Positions 34,707 through 43,438 of a stretch of 64,000 nt of DNA are shown here, in pieces. Every line of letters starts with the position of its first letter. The first letter of the stretch is position 1. Origin of the DNA: Vicinamibacterales bacterium (GTDB taxonomy: Bacteria; Acidobacteriota; Vicinamibacteria; Vicinamibacterales; UBA2999); the NCBI GenBank assembly GCA_050247355.1, contig JBFWUK010000010.1, positions 4,751 to 68,750 of the forward strand, written 5' to 3'. Under the pieces are notes generated by a model. The model had not been told where the DNA came from, made no database searches, and saw only the letters and a program-made list of their open reading frames with translations. A program made the position numbers and the translations under genes.

Positions 34707-35729
34707 CTATCGCCGCACGATCTCCGTGGCGGGAAAGAACGACCGCCACGAGAACCAGTAAGAGACGAACGCCGGCGTGGCGGTCAGCCGCTGGCCCCTG
34801 AGGGGACCCGACACCGCAAGGCCGTCGTAGCCGTCCCAGTGCGATCCGGTGTCGCGGTCGCGCAGCATCGTCCGGTCGCGCTCGGTTCCCGCGGCTTCAA
34901 AGAGCCGGCCGCCGGTGGCGAACACCCTCGCGCCCGACCGATCGGGCGTCGCCACGATGATGAGACCGCCGGGCACGCCGGCAACCGGCAACACAGGATT
35001 GGTCGTCAGTGCCTCGAGGGCTACGGCGTACGGCCGGCCGTCGAGGCGAAAGCCCAGTACCCTGGCCTTGGCATCCAGGGCGCCGGCCGAGGTCGTGCGG
35101 CCGGTGACGCCGATGCCGCCCTTGGCGTGGTAGCCGTCGTAGCGGTCCCGCGTGCCGTCCATGCCGGCAGGGGTCTGCTTCGACAGCACGACGGTCGCCG
35201 GATGCAGGTTGCGCCACTGCTTCCAGGTCATCATGTCTGATGCCAGCATGGTCAGCACCTGTCCCTTGAGCGGACCGGCAATGGCGGCGCCGGTGGCCTG
35301 GGCCCACCACGAGTCGGTCTGGCGGTCGTACATCACGAGGTTGTCGCGCCAGAGCATGCCGGAGACGCCGAACGTGAGTTCGCGGCCGCCGACCGTGCGG
35401 GCATACACGATGCCCGTGTAGCAGAGCGGTCACCAGGTAACGGTGATCGACCTTCCGCCAATGCTGTCGTTGACGATCTCGTGCCCGTTGAGCAGCCAGG
35501 TCGGGTAGGCGCGGGCGACGCCGCCGATCGCAATGCCGATGACCGGCTCCTCGTCCTGCATGAACGTCGCCTGGCCGGCGGCCACGAAGATCGGCTTGTC
35601 AATCGCCGGGATCGCGTCTTTCGGCAGGCCGCGCACGACCGCGTCGCCGTCAATCGTGGCCTGCTCCGTCCACGACAATTGGGCCGAGATCGCGCCGGCA
35701 AACAACAACCACATCAACATCGTGCGCAT
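34707..35729 (-). CDS. DUF3179-family secreted protein, candidate selenoprotein (TGA at 35430-35432 read as Sec)
   Basis: Track ORFs 35430..35918 and 34707..35408 share a frame, with one TGA between them. Read-through gives ITVTW-U-PLCYTGIVYARTVGGRELTFGVSGMLWRDNLVMYDRQTDSWW, where the family has CPLC. Signal peptide MRTMLMWLLFAGAISA. Start is 35729 or 35741. Confidence 0.75.
35401..35422 (-). promoter_or_regulatory. SECIS-like recoding hairpin
   Basis: On the minus strand: GC-UACACG [GGCAU] CGUGUA-(U bulge)-GC. The loop starts 16 nt after the UGA and begins with GG. Confidence 0.6.
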
Positions 35730-35819
35730 TTGGAACCTCATCGGGCGGAGGGACGACGTCCCCCTAGTGGTGTCAGTATGGCCGTGCCGCCCGGCCGGGA
35801 ACCCGCAATTTCTGAATTG

Positions 35820-35835
35820 TGTGATCTGGAACACA
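35820..35835. promoter_or_regulatory. CRP-type palindrome TGTGAtctggaACACA
   Basis: 9/10 match to TGTGA-N6-TCACA. Lies in the divergent region between the DUF3179 gene (minus) and the TlpA-like gene (plus). Confidence 0.45.
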
Positions 35836-35905
35836 GCGCGCCACCGGCGGCTGGGCCACGATCGACCGGGAGCGGCTGACTTTGCCGCGTCTCGGGGGGA
35901 ATGGG

Positions 35906-36472
35906 ATGTCACACTCATCGATCGGTCGTTGGTCCGTTGCCGGACTGCTCACCGCCGGCATGGCGATCGCGCTTGGGACCGAGGCCGCCGGCCGGCAACC
36001 CCAAGCGAACCGCGGTGCCGCGTCCAGGAGCGGGCTGTTCACGGCCGCGCCAGAGCCGCTCCCGGCATTCACCGCCCGGACGCTCGACGACCGGACCCTG
36101 CGCTCCGCCGAGTGGCGCGGCAAGGTCACGATTGTGAACTTCTGGGCGACCTGGTGCGCTCCGTGCCGTGCGGAGATTCCCGACCTGATCAGGTTGCAGA
36201 CCAAGTATCGCGACCACCTGCGGATCATCGGCTTCTCGGCGGATGAGGGCGACCCGACACCGGTCAGGAATTTCATCGCGGCCATGAAGATGGATTTCCC
36301 GAATGTGAGGGTGACACCGCAACTCGACCGGTTGTTCGGTGGGGTGCACGCCCTGCCGATGACCCTGCTGGTCGATCGCGAGGGCAGGATTGTCAAGAAG
36401 CACATGGGGGCCATCGACGCGAGATCGGTGGAAGCCGAGGTGCGCGCGCTGGCGGGACTGCCGCCGGGGTGA
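35906..36472 (+). CDS. TlpA/ResA-family thiol-disulfide oxidoreductase
   Basis: VTIVNFWATWCAPCRAEIP with a thioredoxin fold and an N-terminal signal/anchor (WSVAGLLTAGMAIALG). Confidence 0.9.
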   Translation: MSHSSIGRWSVAGLLTAGMAIALGTEAAGRQPQANRGAASRSGLFTAAPEPLPAFTARTLDDRTLRSAEWRGKVTIVNFWATWCAPCRAEIPDLIRLQTKYRDHLRIIGFSADEGDPTPVRNFIAAMKMDFPNVRVTPQLDRLFGGVHALPMTLLVDREGRIVKKHMGAIDARSVEAEVRALAGLPPG

Positions 36473-36525
36473 GGGTGCGGGCCCATCATCGGCCGCCCCG
36501 GACTGATCACGGCGAGGGTCGCCGA

Positions 36526-36756
36526 CTACCGCCGCCAGTTACGAAAGCGCTCGAGCAGCTCGGGACTCACCGGCGGCGGCGCCGGTGAGTCGCCCAGCGC
36601 GCCTATCGAATCGATGGTGGACTTCATCTGCCGCACATAGGTCCGGCAATGCCGGCACATGCCCAGGTGCATGTGAAAGCGCAGACGCTGCATCATCGAC
36701 TGGCGGCCCTCGAGATAGTCGGTAACCAGCTCAGTCACTTCCTGGCATGTCAGCAT
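36526..36756 (-). CDS. zf-HC2 anti-sigma factor (76 aa, no TM segment)
   Basis: CQEVTELVTDYLEG...HMHLGMCRHCRTY is the H-x3-C-x2-C zinc motif. Overlaps the stop of the upstream ECF sigma gene. Confidence 0.85.
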   Translation of the reverse strand: MLTCQEVTELVTDYLEGRQSMMQRLRFHMHLGMCRHCRTYVRQMKSTIDSIGALGDSPAPPPVSPELLERFRNWRR

Positions 36757-37418
36757 GGTGAGCCCTTCAGCGCGTACTGTTCGAGTGCGGACCGGAGCCG
36801 CGACCGCCCCCGGTGCAACAGTACCCGCTGATTGGTCTCGGAGATCTCCAGGATATTACACACCTCGGCGGCGTCGAGTCCCTCTACGTCACGCAGTGTC
36901 ACCACCGCCCGCTGGTTCGGCGGCAAGGCGGCGAGGGTGGTTGCCACGACGGCCAGGGCTTCTCCGCGCAGGAACAACTTTTCGGGCGTGTCGCCGTCCC
37001 AGCCTGTCGGCGGCGACACCCACGCTCCACCGGCGGTGAACCGATCCGGATCGACCGCCGGTTCGTCAGGATCGGCCGACGACAGTTCCGAGAACGTCAC
37101 GGTCCGTTTCTCCCGAACCGCCCGGCTCTTCGCGCGGTTGGCCACGATGGCGAAGATCCAGCTCTTGAGCGCGGAGCGGCCCTGAAACGTCGGCAAGCCG
37201 TTCAGCACGGCCACCCACGTGTCCTGCACCACCTCCTCGGCCACCTCCCGATTCGCCACAAACACTTGCGCAAAGTGGATAAGGGGCGTGTGCAGACGTT
37301 CCACCAGCGCCGAGAAGGCGGCTTCGTCACCGGCTAGCAGCCGTCGAACGAGCGCCAGGTCGCCAGGTGAGGCGATGCCGCCGCCGGAAGCTGGGGACGT
37401 AAGAGCCATCAGCGGCAT
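36750..37418 (-). CDS. ECF-type RNA polymerase sigma factor
   Basis: Region 2 (FSALVERLHTPLIHFAQVFV...AEEVVQDTWV) and region 4 (LPPNQRAVVTLRDVEGLDAAEVCNILEISETNQRVLLHRGRSRLR). Confidence 0.9.
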   Translation of the reverse strand: MPLMALTSPASGGGIASPGDLALVRRLLAGDEAAFSALVERLHTPLIHFAQVFVANREVAEEVVQDTWVAVLNGLPTFQGRSALKSWIFAIVANRAKSRAVREKRTVTFSELSSADPDEPAVDPDRFTAGGAWVSPPTGWDGDTPEKLFLRGEALAVVATTLAALPPNQRAVVTLRDVEGLDAAEVCNILEISETNQRVLLHRGRSRLRSALEQYALKGSPC

Positions 37419-37443
37419 TTTCGGCGATTGAAGTGCAGGCGGC

Positions 37444-37459
37444 TGTGATGCCGGTCACA
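37444..37459. promoter_or_regulatory. CRP-type palindrome, perfect: gcTGTGAtgccggTCACAgc
   Basis: 10/10 match to TGTGA-N6-TCACA. Lies in the divergent region between the ECF sigma operon (minus) and the gene at 37531 (plus). Confidence 0.6.
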
Positions 37460-37530
37460 GCTTTGGCGAGCAGGCGGCAGACGGCCGCCTGATTCCGTAA
37501 CATCTCGCCGGGTCGCGGTGACAGAGGCCC

Positions 37531-38241
37531 ATGGTGCGAATCAGCATGACGATGGCGCGGTCTGCCGGTCGTGTTCTCATGGCCGCGCTGATCCTGGGGT
37601 GGGCCACCACCCTGGCGTCGGCGTCTCCACCTCAATCTCCCGGCGCACAGTTCGCGGCCCATCGAGATTCGCCGCCGCGCGGTGGCGCCGAAGCGTCCGA
37701 CGCTTCAACAGAGCCAGCCGAGTCCGCCGCCGGTTCCCCGGCCTCCGAGTGGATGCTCGGTGCCGGTCGGGCGGCGAGCGTCGAACTGTTTCACTCGCGC
37801 ACCGGCATCCGCTACGCGGTCCAGACCGTGTCGTGGGCGCGCGACCTGACGAGGGACCTTGGGCCGCGCTCGCTGCGGGGGCGGCTGGCCTGGACGATTG
37901 AGCTAATGCCGCTGTTGGTCCAGCTGGCGCCAAGCCGCGTCTACGCCATTGGCATTGCGCCCGTCGGCCTGCGCTGGAACCTGGTACCGCGGCGACACTG
38001 GTCGGCCTTCACGGAATTGTCCGGCGGCTTTCTCGGCAGTTCGGCACCCCTGCCCGACGGCCTGGCGCGATTCAACTTCACGGCTCATTGGGCAACCGGC
38101 GTCAGGGTGCCTGCCGGCGATGGGCAGGCGCTGGTCCTGGCCTATCGCCTTCAGCACATCTCGAACGGCAATCGCCTGCCCACGAACCCGGGTATCAACA
38201 GTCACGTCGTCTTTGCCGGCTGGTCAGTGGTCGACCGGTGA
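37531..38241 (+). CDS. Acyloxyacyl hydrolase (PagL-like lipid A deacylase family) outer-membrane protein
   Basis: Signal peptide, then a C-terminal YRLQHISNGN...NPGINSHVVFAGWS block characteristic of the family. Confidence 0.7.
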   Translation: MVRISMTMARSAGRVLMAALILGWATTLASASPPQSPGAQFAAHRDSPPRGGAEASDASTEPAESAAGSPASEWMLGAGRAASVELFHSRTGIRYAVQTVSWARDLTRDLGPRSLRGRLAWTIELMPLLVQLAPSRVYAIGIAPVGLRWNLVPRRHWSAFTELSGGFLGSSAPLPDGLARFNFTAHWATGVRVPAGDGQALVLAYRLQHISNGNRLPTNPGINSHVVFAGWSVVDR

Positions 38242-38269
38242 GACGAGGACCGCCCGCCGAATACGGTTG

Positions 38270-38953
38270 TTAGACCACCGCGCGCAGCCGAACGGGGTCT
38301 TTGATGCGGATGTTCTGCCGGCTGCTCTCGACCAGGCCTCGTTGTTTCAGGTCCTGCAAGACGATATTCACCGTCTCTCGAGCCAGGCCAACAAGGTTGC
38401 CGAGGTCGCCCTGGTTGAGGCGAATCGGAATCAAGATCCCGTCGTCGTCCTTGACTCCGTAGTCCGCGGCGAGGTCGAGCAGGGTGTTCGCGATGCGCGC
38501 GTGCGCGCTCTTGAACAGCAACTCCTCGACCCGGGTGCGGAGGCGGCGCAGGCGCATTCCCATCAACTTGGTAATCTGGTAACCGAGCGCGGGCGACTGC
38601 TGGATCATCTGCAGCAGCATGTCGCGATTGAGCGCGCAGAGGACGGTGTCTTCGACCACTTCGGCGACATGATCGCGCGGCGCCTCGTCGAGGATCGCCA
38701 GTTCGCCGAAGATGTCGCCCGGATAGAGCAGCGCCAGGATGGTGTCTTGTTCGGCGCCGCCGGTGGAGATCTTCACGACGCCGGTCTTGAGCAGGAAAAT
38801 CTGGTCGCTGGGGTCACCCGGCAGATAGATGCGCTGGCCGCGCTTCAACTCGAGCATCCGCGCCATCTTCTCGACCGCATGCTTCTGCCCGTCGGTCAGG
38901 GCATCCATCAATCGAAAACGCTGCAAGTACCAGAGTTTGGTGTGGGCGGCCAT
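38270..38953 (-). CDS. Crp/Fnr-family transcriptional regulator
   Basis: cNMP-binding-type barrel (GDIFGELAIL) and C-terminal HTH GDLGNLVGLARETVNIVLQDLKQRGLV, with a CRP-like R-E pair in the recognition helix. No N-terminal Cys cluster. Confidence 0.9.
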   Translation of the reverse strand: MAAHTKLWYLQRFRLMDALTDGQKHAVEKMARMLELKRGQRIYLPGDPSDQIFLLKTGVVKISTGGAEQDTILALLYPGDIFGELAILDEAPRDHVAEVVEDTVLCALNRDMLLQMIQQSPALGYQITKLMGMRLRRLRTRVEELLFKSAHARIANTLLDLAADYGVKDDDGILIPIRLNQGDLGNLVGLARETVNIVLQDLKQRGLVESSRQNIRIKDPVRLRAVV

Positions 38954-38971
38954 CGCCGACAGTATAGACGG

Positions 38972-39226
38972 CTACTCCGGCGGCCGGTCCAATCGGCCAG
39001 CAAGATCCGCCATGCGGGGAATGCCGTACAGCGCCGGACCGCCATCAATCACCACCGCCGGCGTGGCGATCAGGCCGTAGCGGTTGGCCTCGCCGAGATG
39101 GTGAGCGACGTCCAATTCGGTGACCGCGACGTCCGTCCTGTCCGCCGCCAGCTGCCTGACGACCTGCCGCGCTTCGGGACAGCCGACGCAGTGCTCGCTG
39201 TAGAAGAACTCCACCCGGTGAGTCAT
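38972..39226 (-). CDS. Small thioredoxin/glutaredoxin-like protein
   Basis: MTHRVEFFYSEHCVGCPEA (CxxC), then IATPAVVIDG. 84 aa. Lies immediately upstream of the crp-family gene on the same strand. Confidence 0.75.
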   Translation of the reverse strand: MTHRVEFFYSEHCVGCPEARQVVRQLAADRTDVAVTELDVAHHLGEANRYGLIATPAVVIDGGPALYGIPRMADLAGRLDRPPE

Positions 39227-39258
39227 TGCCTCACGATAGGCGCTCGCCGCGGCCATCG

Positions 39259-39274
39259 CTGTGACGCTCCTCAC
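39259..39274. promoter_or_regulatory. CRP-type palindrome gcTGTGAcgctccTCACTgt
   Basis: 9/10 match. Lies in the divergent region between the trx-like/crp operon (minus) and the oxidoreductase gene at 39338 (plus). Confidence 0.55.
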
Positions 39275-39337
39275 TGTTCGGGACGGTTGACCGCGCGCGC
39301 GGCGGAAGGCCGGTGCGGGCGCGGTTATGCTCGTGGC

Positions 39338-40864
39338 ATGCAGTCACTGTCTGCCATCGACCGCCTTGTCGAGCCGCTCGACGCAGCCAACCAGGCGCTG
39401 CTGCGGGCCGTTCATCCCCCTGAGTGGCAGAACCCCGAGCCGCATGATGTCTACGATCTGGTCGTGCTCGGAGGCGGGACCGCCGGCCTGGTCAGCGCGG
39501 TTGGTGCGGCCGGTCTTGGCGCGCGGGTGGCCCTGGTCGAGCGGGCCTTGCTCGGCGGCGACTGCCTCAACACTGGTTGTGTCCCGTCAAAGGCGCTGAT
39601 TCGCTCGGCCCGCGCCATCGCCGATGCGCGCCGCGCCGCCCGGCTTGGCGTCCGGGTCGGCTCGGTCGAGCCCGACTTCGCCGCGATCATGGGTCGAATG
39701 CGAGAGCGGCGCGCGTGTATCAGCGCTAACGACTCGGCCCAGCGGCTTCAGCGCGCGGGCGTGGATGTCTTCCTCGGCAGCGGAGCATTTACCAGCGGGC
39801 GCACGCTCGATGTCGCGGGCTTGACCCTGAAGTTCAACCGCGCCGTCATCGCCACCGGCGCCCGCCCGGTTGCCCCACCGGTGCCCGGCCTCGACGGCGT
39901 GCCGTTCCTCACGAACGAAACCGTGTTCGGGCTCACCGACCTGCCGCCGCGGCTGGCGGTGATTGGGGTGGGACCGATTGGCTGCGAGTTGGCGCAGGCG
40001 TTTGCACGATTCGGCAGCGAAGTCACGCTGCTCGGCCGGGAATTGCACGTGCTGCCAAACGAAGATGCTGACGCGGCCGCGATCGTGCAACGCCAACTCC
40101 TGGACGATGGCGTGCGGTTGGAATTGGGCGTTGAACTGATCGACGCCAGGCGCGACCAGGCCGGTGTGCGGATTCGCTACGAACGGCGCGGTATGACCGC
40201 GGCCGGAGAGGTGACGGCCGATCACGTGCTCCTGGCCGCGGGCCGGGCGCCGAATGTGGAAGGCCTCGGCCTGGATCAGGCCGGCGTCCGCGTCTCAGCG
40301 GCGGGCGTCGTCGTGAACGATCGCATGCAGACGTCTAGCCGGCGCATCTACGCCGCCGGGGACGTGTGTTCGAGGCACAAGTTTACCCACGCCGCCGACG
40401 CCCAGGCGCGCATCGTCATTCAGAACGCGCTGTTCTACGGGCGCAAGCGTGCCAGCCGGCTGGTCGTGCCGTGGTGTACCTACACTGATCCAGAGATCGC
40501 GCACGTCGGGATGTACGAGGCCGAGGCCCGCCAGCAAGGACTCGACGTCAAGACCATCACCATTCACCTGGCGGACGTGGATCGGGCGCTGCTGGACGAC
40601 GAGGCCGAGGGGTTCGTGCGTGTGCACCATGTGGCCGGCCGGCTGGTCGGTTGCACGATCGTCGCGGCGCATGCCGGCGAGTTGATCGGTGAGGCCACCT
40701 ACGTGGTCACGCACGGCGGCACGCTGGCCGACCTGGCGGCGACGATTCACCCCTACCCGACCCAGGCCGAGGCGCTCAAGAAAGCCGGCGACGCCTACCG
40801 CCGGGAATCGCTGACGCCGTCGGTGAAGCGATGGTTCGAACGCTATTTTCGCTGGACTCGCTAA
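39338..40864 (+). CDS. FAD-dependent pyridine nucleotide-disulfide oxidoreductase (mercuric reductase/dihydrolipoamide dehydrogenase-like)
   Basis: Internal ATG at 39338. VVLGGGTAGL, redox-active GGDCLNTGCVPSK, and a second dinucleotide fold IGVGPIGCE. The 971-aa track ORF is an artefactual extension. Confidence 0.9.
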   Translation: MQSLSAIDRLVEPLDAANQALLRAVHPPEWQNPEPHDVYDLVVLGGGTAGLVSAVGAAGLGARVALVERALLGGDCLNTGCVPSKALIRSARAIADARRAARLGVRVGSVEPDFAAIMGRMRERRACISANDSAQRLQRAGVDVFLGSGAFTSGRTLDVAGLTLKFNRAVIATGARPVAPPVPGLDGVPFLTNETVFGLTDLPPRLAVIGVGPIGCELAQAFARFGSEVTLLGRELHVLPNEDADAAAIVQRQLLDDGVRLELGVELIDARRDQAGVRIRYERRGMTAAGEVTADHVLLAAGRAPNVEGLGLDQAGVRVSAAGVVVNDRMQTSSRRIYAAGDVCSRHKFTHAADAQARIVIQNALFYGRKRASRLVVPWCTYTDPEIAHVGMYEAEARQQGLDVKTITIHLADVDRALLDDEAEGFVRVHHVAGRLVGCTIVAAHAGELIGEATYVVTHGGTLADLAATIHPYPTQAEALKKAGDAYRRESLTPSVKRWFERYFRWTR

Positions 40865-40868
40865 CGGC

Positions 40869-41573
40869 TCAGGCCGGCGGCGCGTTCAATTGTTCGTCCA
40901 GAGCCCGCTGGGCCGCGCGGGTTACCAGCACGACGACCAGCACGGTCGAGAGCAGGCCGACGCCGGTCAGGATCAACTTCTGTGGCGACTCGGCCTGGCC
41001 GGCCGCGGTCAGCTCGGCCGCGGTCGTGGCCAGCGAGCCGAGATAGACATACAGCCAGGTGCCCGGCAGCATGCCCACGAACGACGCCACGACGTAGCGG
41101 CCGACCTTGGCCTCCGTCAGGCCGAGGGCATAGTTCAGGACGTTGAACGGAATGACCGGCGACAGCCGGAGCAGGAGGATCAACTTGAAGCTGTTCCTGC
41201 CGATGGCGGTGTCGAGCGCCCGGGCCTTTGGGTAGCGATGCATTCTTGTCCGGATCCAGTCACGAAGCACCGTGCGTCCAAGCAGGAAGGCAACCGTCGC
41301 CGCCAGTACGCTCGCCGGCGAGGCCACGAGCAGCCCGCCAACCGGGCCGTAGGCGAAGCCCGCCGCCAGGGTGAACAGCGACCCCGGCAACAGGGCGACT
41401 TCGGCGACCACGTAGATGGCAATGAACAGGGCAATGCCGGCCCAGCCCATGCTGCGCAGGCGATCGGCGAGGGCGATGGTCCACTGCGCCACCGGCAGCT
41501 GCCACAGGAGGAAGGCCGCCACGGCCAACCCGCCAGCGATCGTCACGAACTTGAGCGGTCTACTCGTGTTCAC
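40869..41573 (-). CDS. TVP38/TMEM64 (DedA/SNARE-associated) family membrane protein
   Basis: 234 aa, multi-TM, with a LPGSLFTLAAGFAYG block typical of the family. Commonly partnered with the preceding oxidoreductase type. Confidence 0.75.
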   Translation of the reverse strand: MNTSRPLKFVTIAGGLAVAAFLLWQLPVAQWTIALADRLRSMGWAGIALFIAIYVVAEVALLPGSLFTLAAGFAYGPVGGLLVASPASVLAATVAFLLGRTVLRDWIRTRMHRYPKARALDTAIGRNSFKLILLLRLSPVIPFNVLNYALGLTEAKVGRYVVASFVGMLPGTWLYVYLGSLATTAAELTAAGQAESPQKLILTGVGLLSTVLVVVLVTRAAQRALDEQLNAPPA

Positions 41574-41651
41574 GTCGAACAGCTACTGTATCGACATCCT
41601 TCGGGTCGGCGGCGGCCAGATTGCCAACTTGGAGGAGTGAATGCCGCAACC

Positions 41652-41667
41652 AGTGAGCTGGCTCACA
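41652..41667. promoter_or_regulatory. CRP-type palindrome ccAGTGAgctggcTCACAgc
   Basis: 9/10 match. Lies in the divergent region between the TVP38 gene (minus) and the ytxJ-like gene (plus), about 80 nt from each start. Confidence 0.55.
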
Positions 41668-41744
41668 GCGGGCCCGGTCGCCAGGCGCCGGCGATGCGAT
41701 AACGTCAGATCCGCGGGCCTCACCGAAGGGCACCGCGGCTGACC

Positions 41745-42116
41745 ATGACTCTGCACCGTCTCACCGATCTCGACCAGCTTGATGCCGCCTTCGCACGTTC
41801 CGCGGCCGCGCCGGTCCTCATCTTCAAGCACAGCCCCACCTGCGGCATCAGCGCCCAGGCCCACGAGGAGGTCGCGAGCCTGGCGGCTGAAACCGGGCTG
41901 CGCGCCGAGGTCTGCCTGGTCATCGTCCAGGAGGATCGCCGGGTCTCGAACGAGATCGCCCGGCGCCTCAATCACCGCCATGCGTCGCCCCAGGTCCTGC
42001 TGGTGCAGGGCGGCGTCCTCCAGTGGCATGCCTCGCACTTTCGCGTAACCGGACAGGCCATCAGGGCCGCGCTCGGGCGCACGCAGCCGCCCCGACCAGA
42101 TCTTTTCCACCCGTGA
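41745..42116 (+). CDS. ytxJ: YtxJ-like monothiol thioredoxin-fold protein (DUF2847)
   Basis: PVLIFKHSPTCGISAQA with the single-Cys TCxIS motif, then SPQVLLVQGG. 123 aa. Confidence 0.75.
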   Translation: MTLHRLTDLDQLDAAFARSAAAPVLIFKHSPTCGISAQAHEEVASLAAETGLRAEVCLVIVQEDRRVSNEIARRLNHRHASPQVLLVQGGVLQWHASHFRVTGQAIRAALGRTQPPRPDLFHP

Positions 42117-43372
42117 CCGATCGCCGCACCGCGCATGTCAGCGCCGTGATGCTGCTGATGACGGCGGCCTTCATGCTCGCGCGTACCGGGCGCGATGCCT
42201 GGTATTTCCAGCAGGGCGGCATTCAGTCACTGCCGTTCGCGTATCTGGGCATGGCGCTGCTCGCACTGCCGATGGCGGCGTTGCTGCTGTCCATGGTGCG
42301 GGTCATGGGCATCCGCCGGACCCGCGTGGTCGCGGTCGCGGCGATGACGGCCGTGCTCGCCGCCGCGGGGCTGGCCGGCCGTCCGGGCGGCGGTCCGGCC
42401 ATGACGCTGTTCTTCGTGCTCGTGCCGGTGGTATTCGGCGGCCTGTTCTCGCTGTCGTGGCTGCTGGCCGGCGAGATCATCGGACGCGATTCGCCAGATC
42501 TGGTGCGGGCATTCAGCCGCACCGCCGCAGCTTCGATCCTGGGCGGACTGTTCGGCGCCGGCCTGGCCCGCGGCTTGGCCCCGTGGCTGGCGCCGCGCGG
42601 ACTGTTGCTGATCAGCGCCGCGACCCTGGCAGCAGCGCTGCTGGCCATCGCCCTGACCCACCGACGCTTTCCGCCGATTGAGGTGGCGGCGCCCACTGGC
42701 CCGATTGTCGCCCGGCCGGCCTTTGCCACGGCGCTCGCTGAGCCGTACGTCCGCTTGCTGCTGTCGATTGCCGCACTGGCCGCCTTCTCCGGTGTCTTGA
42801 TCGAGTTCCTGTTCTATCAGGCCGCGTCGTCGTGCCCGGGCGGTCCAGCCGAACGGATCGCGTTGTTCGCGAACTTCTATATCGGTCTCGGCGTGGCGGG
42901 GTTGGCTATCCAGTGGTTCGTCGCCGCCCGCCTGCAGGCCGCCATCGGCCTGGCCGGCTCACTCCTGATACTGCCAGGCGCCATCGTCGGGCTGATGCCG
43001 GCGGTCATCGGCTTCGCATCCGGGATCATGCCCGCGGTATTGCGGCTGACCGAGGGCGGGCTGAAGGCGTCGCTGCATCGTTCGAGCTGGGAGCAGACCT
43101 ATCTGGCCATTGGTCCCGGCTGCCGCACCGAGGCAAAGCTGCTGGTCGACGGCGTGGGCACCCGGCTGGCCGAGGGCCTTGGTGCCGCACTCCTCTTCGT
43201 GGGACCGGCGGCGGTTCGGGACGGATCTGGTTCAAGTGCCTTCATCCCGGCGTTGGTCGTGGCCGGCGTGGCGTGGCTGGTTCTGACACTGCGGGCGCGA
43301 CGCTACCTCGGGTCGGGCGAAGGCATGGTCACGGACCCGGCAGAGTGCTACGCACGCATGCCCGATTCCTGA
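42113..43372 (+). CDS. TLC/NTT-like (ATP:ADP antiporter family-like) MFS-type transporter, paralog 1
   Basis: GTGA overlap with ytxJ. Polytopic protein. The block TLFFVLVPVVFGGLFSLSWLLAGEIIGRDSPDLVRAFSRTAAASILGG parallels the TLC signature region seen in paralog 2. Confidence 0.5.
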   Translation: MTDRRTAHVSAVMLLMTAAFMLARTGRDAWYFQQGGIQSLPFAYLGMALLALPMAALLLSMVRVMGIRRTRVVAVAAMTAVLAAAGLAGRPGGGPAMTLFFVLVPVVFGGLFSLSWLLAGEIIGRDSPDLVRAFSRTAAASILGGLFGAGLARGLAPWLAPRGLLLISAATLAAALLAIALTHRRFPPIEVAAPTGPIVARPAFATALAEPYVRLLLSIAALAAFSGVLIEFLFYQAASSCPGGPAERIALFANFYIGLGVAGLAIQWFVAARLQAAIGLAGSLLILPGAIVGLMPAVIGFASGIMPAVLRLTEGGLKASLHRSSWEQTYLAIGPGCRTEAKLLVDGVGTRLAEGLGAALLFVGPAAVRDGSGSSAFIPALVVAGVAWLVLTLRARRYLGSGEGMVTDPAECYARMPDS

Positions 43373-43422
43373 CCGGTCGTGGCGACCCTCGGTACGAGGG
43401 TCTCGGAACGCTGAATGTCGGC

Positions 43423-43438
43423 TGTGACCCCGATCACA
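43423..43438. promoter_or_regulatory. CRP-type palindrome, perfect: gcTGTGAccccgaTCACAgc
   Basis: 10/10 match, with the same GC flanks as the 37444 site. Lies 85-100 nt upstream of the ATG at 43523. Confidence 0.6.
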
